A DNA stretch of 64,000 nt, taken from a virus. Location: IMG/VR virus record IMGVR_UViG_3300042691_013169, positions 7,476 through 71,475 of that record. One strand, written 5' to 3'. Shown here piece by piece: positions 1-9,185 of this stretch. The position numbers and the translations under genes were made by a program. Each line of letters begins with the position of its first letter. The first letter of the stretch is position 1. The notes below the pieces were generated by a model. The model did not search any database. It saw nothing but the letters and a program-made list of their open reading frames with translations, and was not told the origin of the DNA.

Positions 1-459
1 CATGAGCTTACTGATAAAAAATCACTAAATAACTCAATATTTTTAATAGATAAAGATTCTAATATAATGGATGGGTTAATACGAAAGATAGAAGAATTCT
101 CTCCTATAAAAGCGGAAAGCGAATACTCTCTTGGCCCAAACCTATTTACAGAGTTTTTTATTTCTAATCAAGATACTTATAAGGCGATGAAGTCTTATAT
201 CTACCCATCAAATATATTTTATCCAATTCATTATGAGGATGTAGAAGATATGTATAAAAAAGATAAGTTATTTTTATGCAATTTTTTAACTAAAAAGTCT
301 TTTGCGGTACATCTATGGAGAAATTCTTTAAAAAGAAAAAAGTCTTCTATAAGCGGTATTCCATTGATAGAATCTATGCCAGAAGATGGCTCTTGGCTAG
401 ATAAAATATATCAAAAATATCTACCCTATTCAAATGAGCTAGAATGGGATACAATATAA
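1..459 (+). CDS. GT32-like (DXD) glycosyltransferase, C-terminal part; 5' end lies outside the window
   Basis: Frame is open from base 1 (HELTDKKSLNNSIFLI...). Paralog of 474-1280, sharing LNNS, YPIHY, C.FLT..SF..H.WR and GSWL..IYQK.LPYS..LEW. Confidence 0.7.
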   Translation, partial: HELTDKKSLNNSIFLIDKDSNIMDGLIRKIEEFSPIKAESEYSLGPNLFTEFFISNQDTYKAMKSYIYPSNIFYPIHYEDVEDMYKKDKLFLCNFLTKKSFAVHLWRNSLKRKKSSISGIPLIESMPEDGSWLDKIYQKYLPYSNELEWDTI

Positions 460-473
460 CGTGGAGGATATAA

Positions 474-1280
474 ATGGCTAAATTTGCATCTATGTGGTAT
501 GGTCCAATGACTAGACTTGAAAGACTTTCTGTTAACTCTTTTATCAATAATGGTCATGAGCACCATATTTTTCTGTATGATATGAGTAATGCAGATCGTC
601 TTCCAAAAGAAGCAATTATTCATGACGCTAACGATGTTATGCCAGAATCTGAAGTTTTTAAAGATATATATAAAAATGAATACTTTCAGTTTGCAGATAT
701 ATTTAGATTAAAGATGATGAAAAAGTATGATTACATCTGGTCCGACCTAGATGTAATTTGTTTGTCTCCAGACTGGAAATGGGACAAGATGTTTATACCA
801 ATATCTCCTAAAAAACCAGACGAATTTCCTTCAAGAATTATGCTAAACAACTCTTTGTTTTATATACCAAGCAATTCGCTATTTTTAGATGAAATGATAT
901 CCATAACAGACAAGTTTAATCACAAGACTACTACAGACGCATACATGTTGGCAATGAGACTTTTCACTGAAATGTTTATCTCTAATAAGGTTAACAATAG
1001 TATTGTTAGAAAGCATTTAATTCCGCCAAATGTTATTTATCCAATACATTATCGTGATATTGAAAAAATATATATAGCTAAAGAAATTTTTGTATGTGAT
1101 TTTTTAACAAGAAACTCTTTTGGTATCCATGTCTGGCGGGACACCCTAAAAAGCTCTAAGTCTGTCAGCAACAATACTGAGCGTTTAATTGACTCTGAGC
1201 CAGAAAAAGGTTCCTGGCTATACAACATTTATCAAAAACACTTGCCATATTCTAGTCATTTAGAATGGCAAAACCTATAA
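474..1280 (+). CDS. Glycosyltransferase, GT32/alpha-1,4-glycosyltransferase-like
   Basis: N-terminal W.G....LERLSVNSF..NGH, then ADIFRL and the IWSDLDVICL DXD motif, then YPIHY and H.W. Confidence 0.8.
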   Translation: MAKFASMWYGPMTRLERLSVNSFINNGHEHHIFLYDMSNADRLPKEAIIHDANDVMPESEVFKDIYKNEYFQFADIFRLKMMKKYDYIWSDLDVICLSPDWKWDKMFIPISPKKPDEFPSRIMLNNSLFYIPSNSLFLDEMISITDKFNHKTTTDAYMLAMRLFTEMFISNKVNNSIVRKHLIPPNVIYPIHYRDIEKIYIAKEIFVCDFLTRNSFGIHVWRDTLKSSKSVSNNTERLIDSEPEKGSWLYNIYQKHLPYSSHLEWQNL

Positions 1281-1284
1281 AATA

Positions 1285-1293
1285 TGTTAGAAT
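1285..1293 (+). promoter_or_regulatory. Extended -10 promoter element (TGTTAGAAT) upstream of the holin-like gene
   Basis: TGnTAnAAT motif in an intergenic gap; the same motif recurs before several other gene blocks. Confidence 0.5.
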
Positions 1294-1349
1294 AGTATTT
1301 AGGGCAATGCCCTAATTCCTGGGCAAAGTGCCCAGTAGAAGGAGGTCTT

Positions 1350-1577
1350 ATGAAACAAGATCTAAACAATGATGGAAAGGTAACTATGCAAGAGAAGATT
1401 CTAGCAGCGTTAGCAAGCTATGGTCGCCATTTTCTTGGTGCCACAATTGCTCTATACATGACAGGCAATACTGACCCAGGAGATTTGATTAAGGGTGGAA
1501 TCGCAGCTGTACTTCCAGTAATCCTAAAGGCTTTGAATACAAACGAGCCAGCTTTTGGATTTACAAAGAAGCAGTAA
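1350..1577 (+). CDS. Small membrane protein, putative holin
   Basis: 75 aa, two hydrophobic segments, basic C-terminus, strong AAGGAGG RBS. N-terminal DLNNDGKVTMQE loop. Confidence 0.5.
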   Translation: MKQDLNNDGKVTMQEKILAALASYGRHFLGATIALYMTGNTDPGDLIKGGIAAVLPVILKALNTNEPAFGFTKKQ

Positions 1578-1590
1578 TATAAACGTATTG

Positions 1591-1634
1591 GGAAAGCTCC
1601 TGTGCTAAAATAAGCATAGGAGTTTTCCTATTTT
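1591..1634 (+). terminator. Stem-loop, probable intrinsic terminator, overlapping an extended -10 element
   Basis: 16-bp stem GGAAAGCTCCTGTGCT / AGCATAGGAGTTTTCC (two G-U pairs), 6-nt loop, followed by TATTTT. TGCTAAAAT lies at 1603-1611. Confidence 0.5.
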
Positions 1635-1649
1635 AGGAGATACTAGCAA

Positions 1650-1997
1650 ATGGCAGGACAAAAAAACTTTGAAGTGGATCAAAACACCACATTCACATTT
1701 ACCGTTGACTACGAAGACAACGGTGGAAACCCTATTAACTTAACTGGCTCATCTGCAAAGATGCAAGTCCGTGATTCAAAGGGTGGCCAAAAATTAGCGT
1801 TTACATTGACCTCACCATCAGGCGGTATCACTATAGATGGACCTAATGGAAAATTAACCATTAAAATGACTCCTACTCAGACCAGCAAGCTGTTTTATCC
1901 AAAATCAGAATATGATCTAATGATTACTGATTCTAATTTAAATAAGACTAAACTGCTTGAAGGTTTTATTACATTGAGTAGGAGCGTGACTATTTAA
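1650..1997 (+). CDS. Putative virion structural/adaptor protein (beta-sandwich, BppU-N-like)
   Basis: AGGAG RBS. DQ..TF.FTV.Y...INLTG..AKMQVR and YDL.I...L.G.I pattern typical of small phage fibre-attachment proteins. Confidence 0.5.
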   Translation: MAGQKNFEVDQNTTFTFTVDYEDNGGNPINLTGSSAKMQVRDSKGGQKLAFTLTSPSGGITIDGPNGKLTIKMTPTQTSKLFYPKSEYDLMITDSNLNKTKLLEGFITLSRSVTI

Positions 1998-2464
1998 TGG
2001 CCGAATCAGTAAAAGTAACCGAAACTAACTATAACGTAAAAGTAACCGAAATCCCTAATAAGGTTTCTATATCTACTCCTGGCCCACAAGGACCAAGAGG
2101 TAGAACCATTCTTAATGGTGAGGGAATACCAGGAAACAATTTAGGGCTTGAAGGCGATTTTTATTATGACAAACTAACTACAAGATTTTATGGCCCTAAG
2201 CTAAACGATCTTTCCTGGACAGGTGCTACAAATTATTTGTTAAGCACAATGACAATGACATACTCCTGGGAGCTTGCACAGGTAACTGGTCCAGTTTCTG
2301 GAGTATATTCTTTAGTTATTACTCATAACATGGGATACAATCCAAACGTTACTGTTAAGGCTAGTTCTGGTGATATATTAGAAACTGGTATCGACTATAA
2401 TAGTCTTAATCAAATTACACTGACAATGGCTCAACCATTTTCAGGGACAGCATATCTGTCTTAA
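1997..2464 (+). CDS. Putative virion structural protein
   Basis: Stop/start overlap. GPQGPRG, then G.G.P....G..GDFYYD. C-terminal ITHNMG domain also found in 2476-3954. Confidence 0.5.
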   Translation: MAESVKVTETNYNVKVTEIPNKVSISTPGPQGPRGRTILNGEGIPGNNLGLEGDFYYDKLTTRFYGPKLNDLSWTGATNYLLSTMTMTYSWELAQVTGPVSGVYSLVITHNMGYNPNVTVKASSGDILETGIDYNSLNQITLTMAQPFSGTAYLS

Positions 2465-2475
2465 GGGAGAAGTAA

Positions 2476-3954
2476 ATGGCAAGATTATTCGTAACGAGTA
2501 TTAACCTCAATAAAAATGAGTTGTTAAATGCTCGAATTCAAAATTTAAGCACACCGCCATCTAGCCCAGTAACAGGTCAGATTTATTATAATAACTCTGA
2601 AAACCTTTTATACTTCTGGAACGGGACAGAATGGCTTACAGCATCAGGTGACTTTGGAGATAGTAACTATACTACCCGAATTAAATTTGGTCAAGCAGTA
2701 TCTCATGGAACATCTCAGTATGTTGCACATGCAGACCACACACATGATGTAGCAGATATCCTAGGAACTGCTAATCAAATAACAGTAACAAAAGCAGTTA
2801 ATGGAGACGCTACTCTATCTCTACCATCACAGCTAAATGTTACAAATATTAATGCTTCAAACGTAGAGCTTTCTGGAAACCTAGATGTTACTGGAACAGC
2901 AGAAATTACTGGAGCAGCTAATTTAAATAACACATTAACTGTAGACGGACATGCAGAATTTAATGATACATTGCATTCAGACGGCGCAGCTACATTCGGA
3001 TCTACAGTAACAGTAACTGGTGCCACAACACTAAACGGTACAGTAGGAATTAATGCTAATACTACAATTGCTGGAGATCTAACACTATCTGGTGGAACAT
3101 CAGATCTTTCTGTTGGAGGAAATTCAACAGTAACTGGAACATCTACACTAAATGGCGCAACAACAGTAAATAATACTTTAAAGGTAACTGGCGCAGTAGA
3201 TTTAGATAGCACATTAAATGTAGACGGCGCAGCAACAATTGCTGGACAGTTAACAGTAAATAACTCTCTTGATTTAAATGGAAGCGCAGACATCTCAACA
3301 GCTTTAACTGTTGGTGGTGCTACAAATCTAAATTCAACATTAGATGTAACTGGAGCAGCACAGCTTGATTCAACACTAAATGTGACTGGAAATACAACTC
3401 TAGGCGCTGATTTATCAGTAGGAGATGATTTATCAGTAACTGGAGACGCTACAGTAGGCGGAACATTTGACGCTACTGGAGATGCAACATTCGGTGGAAA
3501 CGTACAAATTGACGGAAGCCTCAATGTTGTAGGATCAATTAACTCTATCAACACTACTCAGGTAAATATCTCTGATAACAAGATTAATCTTAACAGCGAT
3601 ATGCCAGAAAATCAGGCACCAACAGTAGATGCTGGTATTATTGTTCACAGAGGCTCTGAAGAAGATGCTTTGTTCACATGGAATGAAACATCTGATCGTT
3701 GGGAAATTGGACTTGCAAATGGCCCACAGCATGCTCTTACAAGAAAATTTGTTTCTCAAATTGGAGATGGATCGACACTAAACTGGCCAATTACCCATAA
3801 TATTGGAACCAGAGAAGTAACTGTACAAGTTTATGATGCAGTATCTTATGACACAGTAGAAGCAGATGTTGTAAGAACATCAGACAATATTGTAACAGTA
3901 TCGTTTGCTTCTCCTCCTCCAGCGCAAGCTTTTAAGGTGGTAATAATCGGATAA
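2476..3954 (+). CDS. Fibre/spike-like structural protein with beta-helix repeats
   Basis: Long run of L.VTG...L.STL.V.G repeats (~2860-3540). N-terminal PP..P..GQIYY..NGT.W motif and C-terminal ITHNIG domain. Confidence 0.6.
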   Translation: MARLFVTSINLNKNELLNARIQNLSTPPSSPVTGQIYYNNSENLLYFWNGTEWLTASGDFGDSNYTTRIKFGQAVSHGTSQYVAHADHTHDVADILGTANQITVTKAVNGDATLSLPSQLNVTNINASNVELSGNLDVTGTAEITGAANLNNTLTVDGHAEFNDTLHSDGAATFGSTVTVTGATTLNGTVGINANTTIAGDLTLSGGTSDLSVGGNSTVTGTSTLNGATTVNNTLKVTGAVDLDSTLNVDGAATIAGQLTVNNSLDLNGSADISTALTVGGATNLNSTLDVTGAAQLDSTLNVTGNTTLGADLSVGDDLSVTGDATVGGTFDATGDATFGGNVQIDGSLNVVGSINSINTTQVNISDNKINLNSDMPENQAPTVDAGIIVHRGSEEDALFTWNETSDRWEIGLANGPQHALTRKFVSQIGDGSTLNWPITHNIGTREVTVQVYDAVSYDTVEADVVRTSDNIVTVSFASPPPAQAFKVVIIG

Positions 3955-4259
3955 TGGCAAAAAGATTTCTAACCCCTATACAATTGGCTACTCTGGAGAC
4001 TCCTCCAGTAAATCCAATTCGTGGTCAAATTTATTACGATACAGCTGAAGAAACAATAAAGGCTTATAACGGAACAATTTGGTACGATGTTGCGGGACCA
4101 AAGAATATCTTGGAGCACAGTCACGAAGGTTCTGGATATGTGGAAGAAGTTCAATATTCAAACTATGTAGACGACAATAGAATCTTTGCAGATTCACAAA
4201 ACATAAATTCAGTATTTATAGATAATTCAATTGATGGAGGTGGCGCAAGTGGCAATTAG
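3954..4259 (+). CDS. Small structural protein
   Basis: N-terminus resembles that of 2476-3954 (TPP..P..GQIYY......NGT.W). Ends in IDGG. Confidence 0.5.
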   Translation: MAKRFLTPIQLATLETPPVNPIRGQIYYDTAEETIKAYNGTIWYDVAGPKNILEHSHEGSGYVEEVQYSNYVDDNRIFADSQNINSVFIDNSIDGGGASGN

Positions 4260-7200
4260 AATTCAACTCAGAAGAGATACAGCAACAAACTGGACCTCCT
4301 ATAATCCAATTCTTAGAGCTGGCGAAGTTGGTATTGAAACAGATACCCAAAGATTAAAAATAGGTGATGGTACATCAACTTGGTCTTCTCGTCCATACGT
4401 AAACGTCCTTCCATCAGAATTAACTGAGCTTTCTCAAGATGCCGTTAATCAAGCATTAACAGCTGGTAATGGTATTACAAAGGTTTATGATGATGCAAAT
4501 AATACACTTACAATATCTGTAGATACATCTGTAATTGCTAATAAAAATTATGTTGACTCTGCAGTAGCTGGAGTTTTAGATAGCGCACCAGAGCTATTAA
4601 ATACTTTAAATGAATTAGCTGCAGCAATTGGAGACGATCCGTCTTTCTTTGCTACAGTTGCTACAAATCTTTCTAACCATCAGGCAGATACAACAAATAT
4701 CCATGGAATAGCTGATACCTCAAAACTAATAACAGATGATGGTTCTCAAACTCTTACAAACAAAACTCTTACAAGTCCAGTATTAAACGGAGTACCTACA
4801 GCCCCTACAGCTGTTGCTGGTACAAATACTACACAAATTGCTACAACACAATTTGTTAAGACAGCAGTAGATAATTTAATTGACGGAGCACCTGGAGTAT
4901 TAGATACTCTAAATGAGATTGCTGCGGCAGTAAATGATGACCCAGCATTCTTTACAAATGTTGCAACAAATCTTGCATCACATGAAAATGACACTACCAA
5001 TATTCATGGTATAGCAAATACTGCTAAATTAGTAACTGATGACGGAGAGCAAACTTTAACAAATAAGGATATTTCTGGAGCAACTAACACATTAACTAAT
5101 ATTCCTAATGCTGCATTAGTTAATCCTTCTATAACAATTAACGGATATGAAATATTCTTGGGCGGATCTGCGTCATATAGTACAGATAATATTAATGAAG
5201 GAACAGTCAATCATTACTTCACACCAGAAAGAGCTCAAGATGCAGTAGCACAAGCAATTGCTTCTGGAACACACTCAAATATTATAATTGACTATGATGA
5301 TGCAAATAACAGATTCAGCTTTATGGCAGAAAATGGTGTTGCCGATTCTACAACAGATGACCTTGATGAGGGTATAAATAATTTATACTTCACAGACCAA
5401 AGAGCAATTGATGCAGTTGGAGGCTCAGCTACACCAGATAATGATCCTTTAACTGTAGTAAAAAGAGATGCCTTCGGAAACTTTTCAGCAAATCTAATAG
5501 ACGCTAACCTGATAGGAAATGTAACTGGGCAGGTCTCAGACATTTCAAATCATAATACAAATGATTTGGCAGAAGGATTAAACTTATACTTTACAGAGCA
5601 AAGAACAAAATCAGCTGTAGCAGATCAGTTAAAAGCAGGTGAAGGTGTAGACCTTTCTTATGATTTTAATAATCAAGACTTGACAGTATCTGTAGAGTTT
5701 GCCAGCGATACAAATCCAGGAATTGCATTATTCAATTCAAATGATTTTGACGTAGATCCAGTAACAGCAGAAGTATCTATTGTAGCCGAAACTATCAAAG
5801 ATATTGCTGGTGGAATTGTAGTAGACGGCGAAGGAATAAATACAGAATATAACAATGTATCAAAAACCTTAACAATTTCTGGAGAAGATGCTTCTACTAC
5901 AAATAAAGGTATAGCATCTTTTGACTCAACAGATTTTGTGGTAACAAATGGAAACGTAGAGTTAAATACAGAAGGAGTTGCAGATATTGTTGGCGGAATG
6001 ATTTCGTCAAACTCTGAATCTGGAATCAACGTAACATTTGATAATATTAATAACAAATTAGACTTTAATGTTAACGATCCTGTCATTACTATATCTGGAG
6101 ACGTATCTGGCTCCGCAACAATGACAAATCTTGGTAACGTAGAGATATCTACTACCATCCAGCCAAACTCCGTTTCTTTGGGAGCAGATACAACTGGAAA
6201 TTATGTACAAGCAATTTCTGGAACAGTTAATGAAATTGAAGTGACTGGCTCAGGATCCGAAAGTGCCAATGTTACAATTGGTTTGCCAGATACAGTACAT
6301 ATTGCAGACGACCTTCAAGTTGGAGGAGATGCAACAATTATTGGAAACCTTACTGTACAGGGAACCACTACAACAATTACTTCTCAAAATTTAGCAATTA
6401 CAGATAAATTAATTGAGCTTGGAAATACAGCTACCCCTACAGATGCAGCATCAGATGGCGGAGGTATATTCCTTCATGGAACCACAGATAAGCACTTAGC
6501 TTGGTACGATGCTACAGATGCTTGGACTTCTTCTGAAAACTTTGATCTACATACTGGCAAGGTATACATGATCAATGAAACAGAAGTTTTAAGTAGCGAT
6601 GAATTATTTGGTATTAATAAAAATAATCTTGGAAAGTTTACATCTAAGATTTCATCTTCTTGGGTTGGAACTGATGTATTAAGAGTTGGAGAGCTAGGAC
6701 TAGAATCCGATACTGGAAACTTTAAACTAGGTGACGGAGTTCAAACATGGGCTGCTTTACCTTATATAAACGTAACCCCTAGTGATTTATCAAACACAGT
6801 AGATGACTACATCCCTGTTGCAGACAGAAACTCTTTAGATGGAGTTGCCGCAATAAATTCTTCTGGTGATGTATTATCTCTTAATGGCTTTGTTGCAAAT
6901 AGCGATGCTACAGGAGAGCCTTCTGGAAGCTATGGTTTAATAGTTAAAAGAGGAAATCAGCCAGACGCACTTCTTTTATGGAATGAAACATTAGATAAGT
7001 GGACATATTCTGGAGATGGCGGAACAAACAATTATGCTATAGCATCTGAGCCACACGTTGCTTCAGCAATTACATCACACAAAAATGTTACACAGAATGT
7101 TCACGGAATATCTGATACAGCTAATCTTGTATATCAAGCAGATCTTTCTTCCGTAGAAGCACAACTAATTGCTGATTATACAGACTATTCTGATATATCT

Positions 7201-9180
7201 ATTGAAACACATAGAGCAGACACAACCAATATTCACGGCATTCCAGATACATCACTTATAGTTTATTTAGATGACCTACAAACAGCAATATCTGGACTAG
7301 ACTCAAGTTTAAGTCAGGACATTGTTGACCTAGCTCTTTCATCTTCCCAGGCTCTTTCTTCACATGAAGCAGACACAACCAACGTTCATGGTATAGCTGA
7401 TACAAGCCAGCTAACAACATTTACATATGTTGATGGAGAAATAGCAGACCAGATAGATTCACATAATCTAGACACAATGGGTGTTCACGGAATTGCCGAC
7501 ACAGCCCTTTTAGCAACAGATTCAGATGTGTCTGCTGCTGCAAATCAAGCTGAATCAAATGCAAATACTTACACAGACGGTGAAATATTATCTTTAAGCG
7601 CAACACTTAATCAAGAAATTCTTGATGCAAAGAATGACGCTATAGACCATGCTAACTATGAAATTGGTCAAGAAGTTATTGCAAGAAATCAGGCAATTGC
7701 TACATCTGTTAATAACCATAACAACAGTACAACTTCTGTACATGGTATCCCAGATACATCAGTTCTTGCAACACATTCTTATGTTACATCAGAGATATCT
7801 ACTCATAATTTAGATACAACAAATGTACACGGAATAGCAAATACAGCAGACCTTGCTACAAAAACTTATGCAGACAACTCTGCTACAACAGCAGCTAACT
7901 CTGCTCAGGGAGCAGCAGAAACTTTTGCAACTGGAGCGGTATCTACTCATAACCTAGATACAACAGATGTTCATGGAATATCAAATACAGCAAATTTAGT
8001 TTACACCAATGACGCAAGACTTTCAGATACTAGAACTCCAACAAATGGTTCTGTTACAACTGAAAAAATTGCAAACGGTGCAGTAACAAATGATAAGCTT
8101 GGTAGCGATATTGCAATTACCTCTATAGTAGGCCTAGAAGATGCAATTGCTTCAAAGGCCAACGCAACAGATGCCGTTATATTTGATAGCGCAACACTTC
8201 CAACAAATACAACAATTGGAAATGTTTCTTCTACAGAAATTGGATATCTTGATGGAGTAACATCATCAATTCAAGATCAAATAAATAGCAAGCTAAGCTC
8301 AACAATTGCGGCATCTACATATGCTCCAATTAGTTCACCAGCGTTAACTGGAACTCCAACAGCCCCAACAGCCTTAGCAAATACAAACACAACTCAAATT
8401 GCTACAACTGAATTCGTTACTGGTGCAATTACTAGCTTAATTAATGGAGCACCAGGGGCACTTAACACTTTAAATGAATTGGCGGCAGCTCTTGGAAATG
8501 ATTCAAGCTATGCTACTACAATTACAAATGCTTTAAGTCTTAAAGCACCCCTAGCTAGCCCAACATTTACTGGCACAGTTATATTGCCAAATTCAACAAT
8601 AACTACAAATATGCTTGCAGACGGATCTGTTACAGCAATTAAAATTGCTTCTGGAACAATTACAAATACAGAAATTAGTGCATCTGCAGCAATTGATCAA
8701 TCTAAGATTTCAGGGTTGGCTACTGCTCTGAATTTAAAGGCAAATCTATCTTCACCAACATTTACTGGTTCCGTAACGGTTCCTACCCCTACAGCAGACA
8801 CCCATGCTGCTACTAAGGGATATGTTGATTCAAAGGCGCAAGATATTATTCCTTTAGATAACATAAATAGTCAATTTGATGGATCTAGGTCTAGGTTTCA
8901 GCCTAAATACGATAATCAGATTTTATCGATTACAAACCCACTTAGACTTTTGATATCCATCAATGGTATAATTCAAATACTAGGAAATCCTGATAACCAC
9001 TGGTTATCACCGATTCCTTTTGATGGATTCTACGTAGATTCTGATGGGTACCTTAACTTTGGCGAACCAGTTCCTAAGGGGTCGGTATTCGACGGAAGAG
9101 TGATGAACGGACCAACTGTAAACTCTGTAGAGAAATATCAGTACCCGTTCAGACCGATAGATATATTATTAGGAGCGTAA
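4249..9180 (+). CDS. Giant modular fibre protein (Mtd-N-like domain, tail-fibre repeats, His-pair repeats)
   Basis: GTG start 8 nt after GGAGG. N-terminal IQLRRDTATNW..NPILRAGEVGIETDT..LKIGDG..W...PY. Three AP..L.TLNE.AAA..D repeats, two PTAPTA...TNTTQIATT.FV repeats, three D...EG...YFT..R repeats, and nine H-x7-HGI repeats. Confidence 0.75.
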   Translation: MAIRIQLRRDTATNWTSYNPILRAGEVGIETDTQRLKIGDGTSTWSSRPYVNVLPSELTELSQDAVNQALTAGNGITKVYDDANNTLTISVDTSVIANKNYVDSAVAGVLDSAPELLNTLNELAAAIGDDPSFFATVATNLSNHQADTTNIHGIADTSKLITDDGSQTLTNKTLTSPVLNGVPTAPTAVAGTNTTQIATTQFVKTAVDNLIDGAPGVLDTLNEIAAAVNDDPAFFTNVATNLASHENDTTNIHGIANTAKLVTDDGEQTLTNKDISGATNTLTNIPNAALVNPSITINGYEIFLGGSASYSTDNINEGTVNHYFTPERAQDAVAQAIASGTHSNIIIDYDDANNRFSFMAENGVADSTTDDLDEGINNLYFTDQRAIDAVGGSATPDNDPLTVVKRDAFGNFSANLIDANLIGNVTGQVSDISNHNTNDLAEGLNLYFTEQRTKSAVADQLKAGEGVDLSYDFNNQDLTVSVEFASDTNPGIALFNSNDFDVDPVTAEVSIVAETIKDIAGGIVVDGEGINTEYNNVSKTLTISGEDASTTNKGIASFDSTDFVVTNGNVELNTEGVADIVGGMISSNSESGINVTFDNINNKLDFNVNDPVITISGDVSGSATMTNLGNVEISTTIQPNSVSLGADTTGNYVQAISGTVNEIEVTGSGSESANVTIGLPDTVHIADDLQVGGDATIIGNLTVQGTTTTITSQNLAITDKLIELGNTATPTDAASDGGGIFLHGTTDKHLAWYDATDAWTSSENFDLHTGKVYMINETEVLSSDELFGINKNNLGKFTSKISSSWVGTDVLRVGELGLESDTGNFKLGDGVQTWAALPYINVTPSDLSNTVDDYIPVADRNSLDGVAAINSSGDVLSLNGFVANSDATGEPSGSYGLIVKRGNQPDALLLWNETLDKWTYSGDGGTNNYAIASEPHVASAITSHKNVTQNVHGISDTANLVYQADLSSVEAQLIADYTDYSDISIETHRADTTNIHGIPDTSLIVYLDDLQTAISGLDSSLSQDIVDLALSSSQALSSHEADTTNVHGIADTSQLTTFTYVDGEIADQIDSHNLDTMGVHGIADTALLATDSDVSAAANQAESNANTYTDGEILSLSATLNQEILDAKNDAIDHANYEIGQEVIARNQAIATSVNNHNNSTTSVHGIPDTSVLATHSYVTSEISTHNLDTTNVHGIANTADLATKTYADNSATTAANSAQGAAETFATGAVSTHNLDTTDVHGISNTANLVYTNDARLSDTRTPTNGSVTTEKIANGAVTNDKLGSDIAITSIVGLEDAIASKANATDAVIFDSATLPTNTTIGNVSSTEIGYLDGVTSSIQDQINSKLSSTIAASTYAPISSPALTGTPTAPTALANTNTTQIATTEFVTGAITSLINGAPGALNTLNELAAALGNDSSYATTITNALSLKAPLASPTFTGTVILPNSTITTNMLADGSVTAIKIASGTITNTEISASAAIDQSKISGLATALNLKANLSSPTFTGSVTVPTPTADTHAATKGYVDSKAQDIIPLDNINSQFDGSRSRFQPKYDNQILSITNPLRLLISINGIIQILGNPDNHWLSPIPFDGFYVDSDGYLNFGEPVPKGSVFDGRVMNGPTVNSVEKYQYPFRPIDILLGA

Positions 9181-9185
9181 AGTAA

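Noticed and set aside
2081-2101. Collagen-like GPQGPRG as the hydroxylase substrate
   Set aside because: Only two triplets with no Y-position Pro; too short to explain five oxygenases.
2775-3554. Long minus-strand ORFs (also 5673-6158, 31444-32169, 32650-33237 and others)
   Set aside because: Each lies antisense to a well-supported + strand gene and has no recognisable motifs; they are explained by sense-strand codon bias.
4249-4410. Mtd-like N-terminus as evidence of a tropism-switching system
   Set aside because: This domain is a widespread fibre-attachment module; no retroelement components are present in the window.
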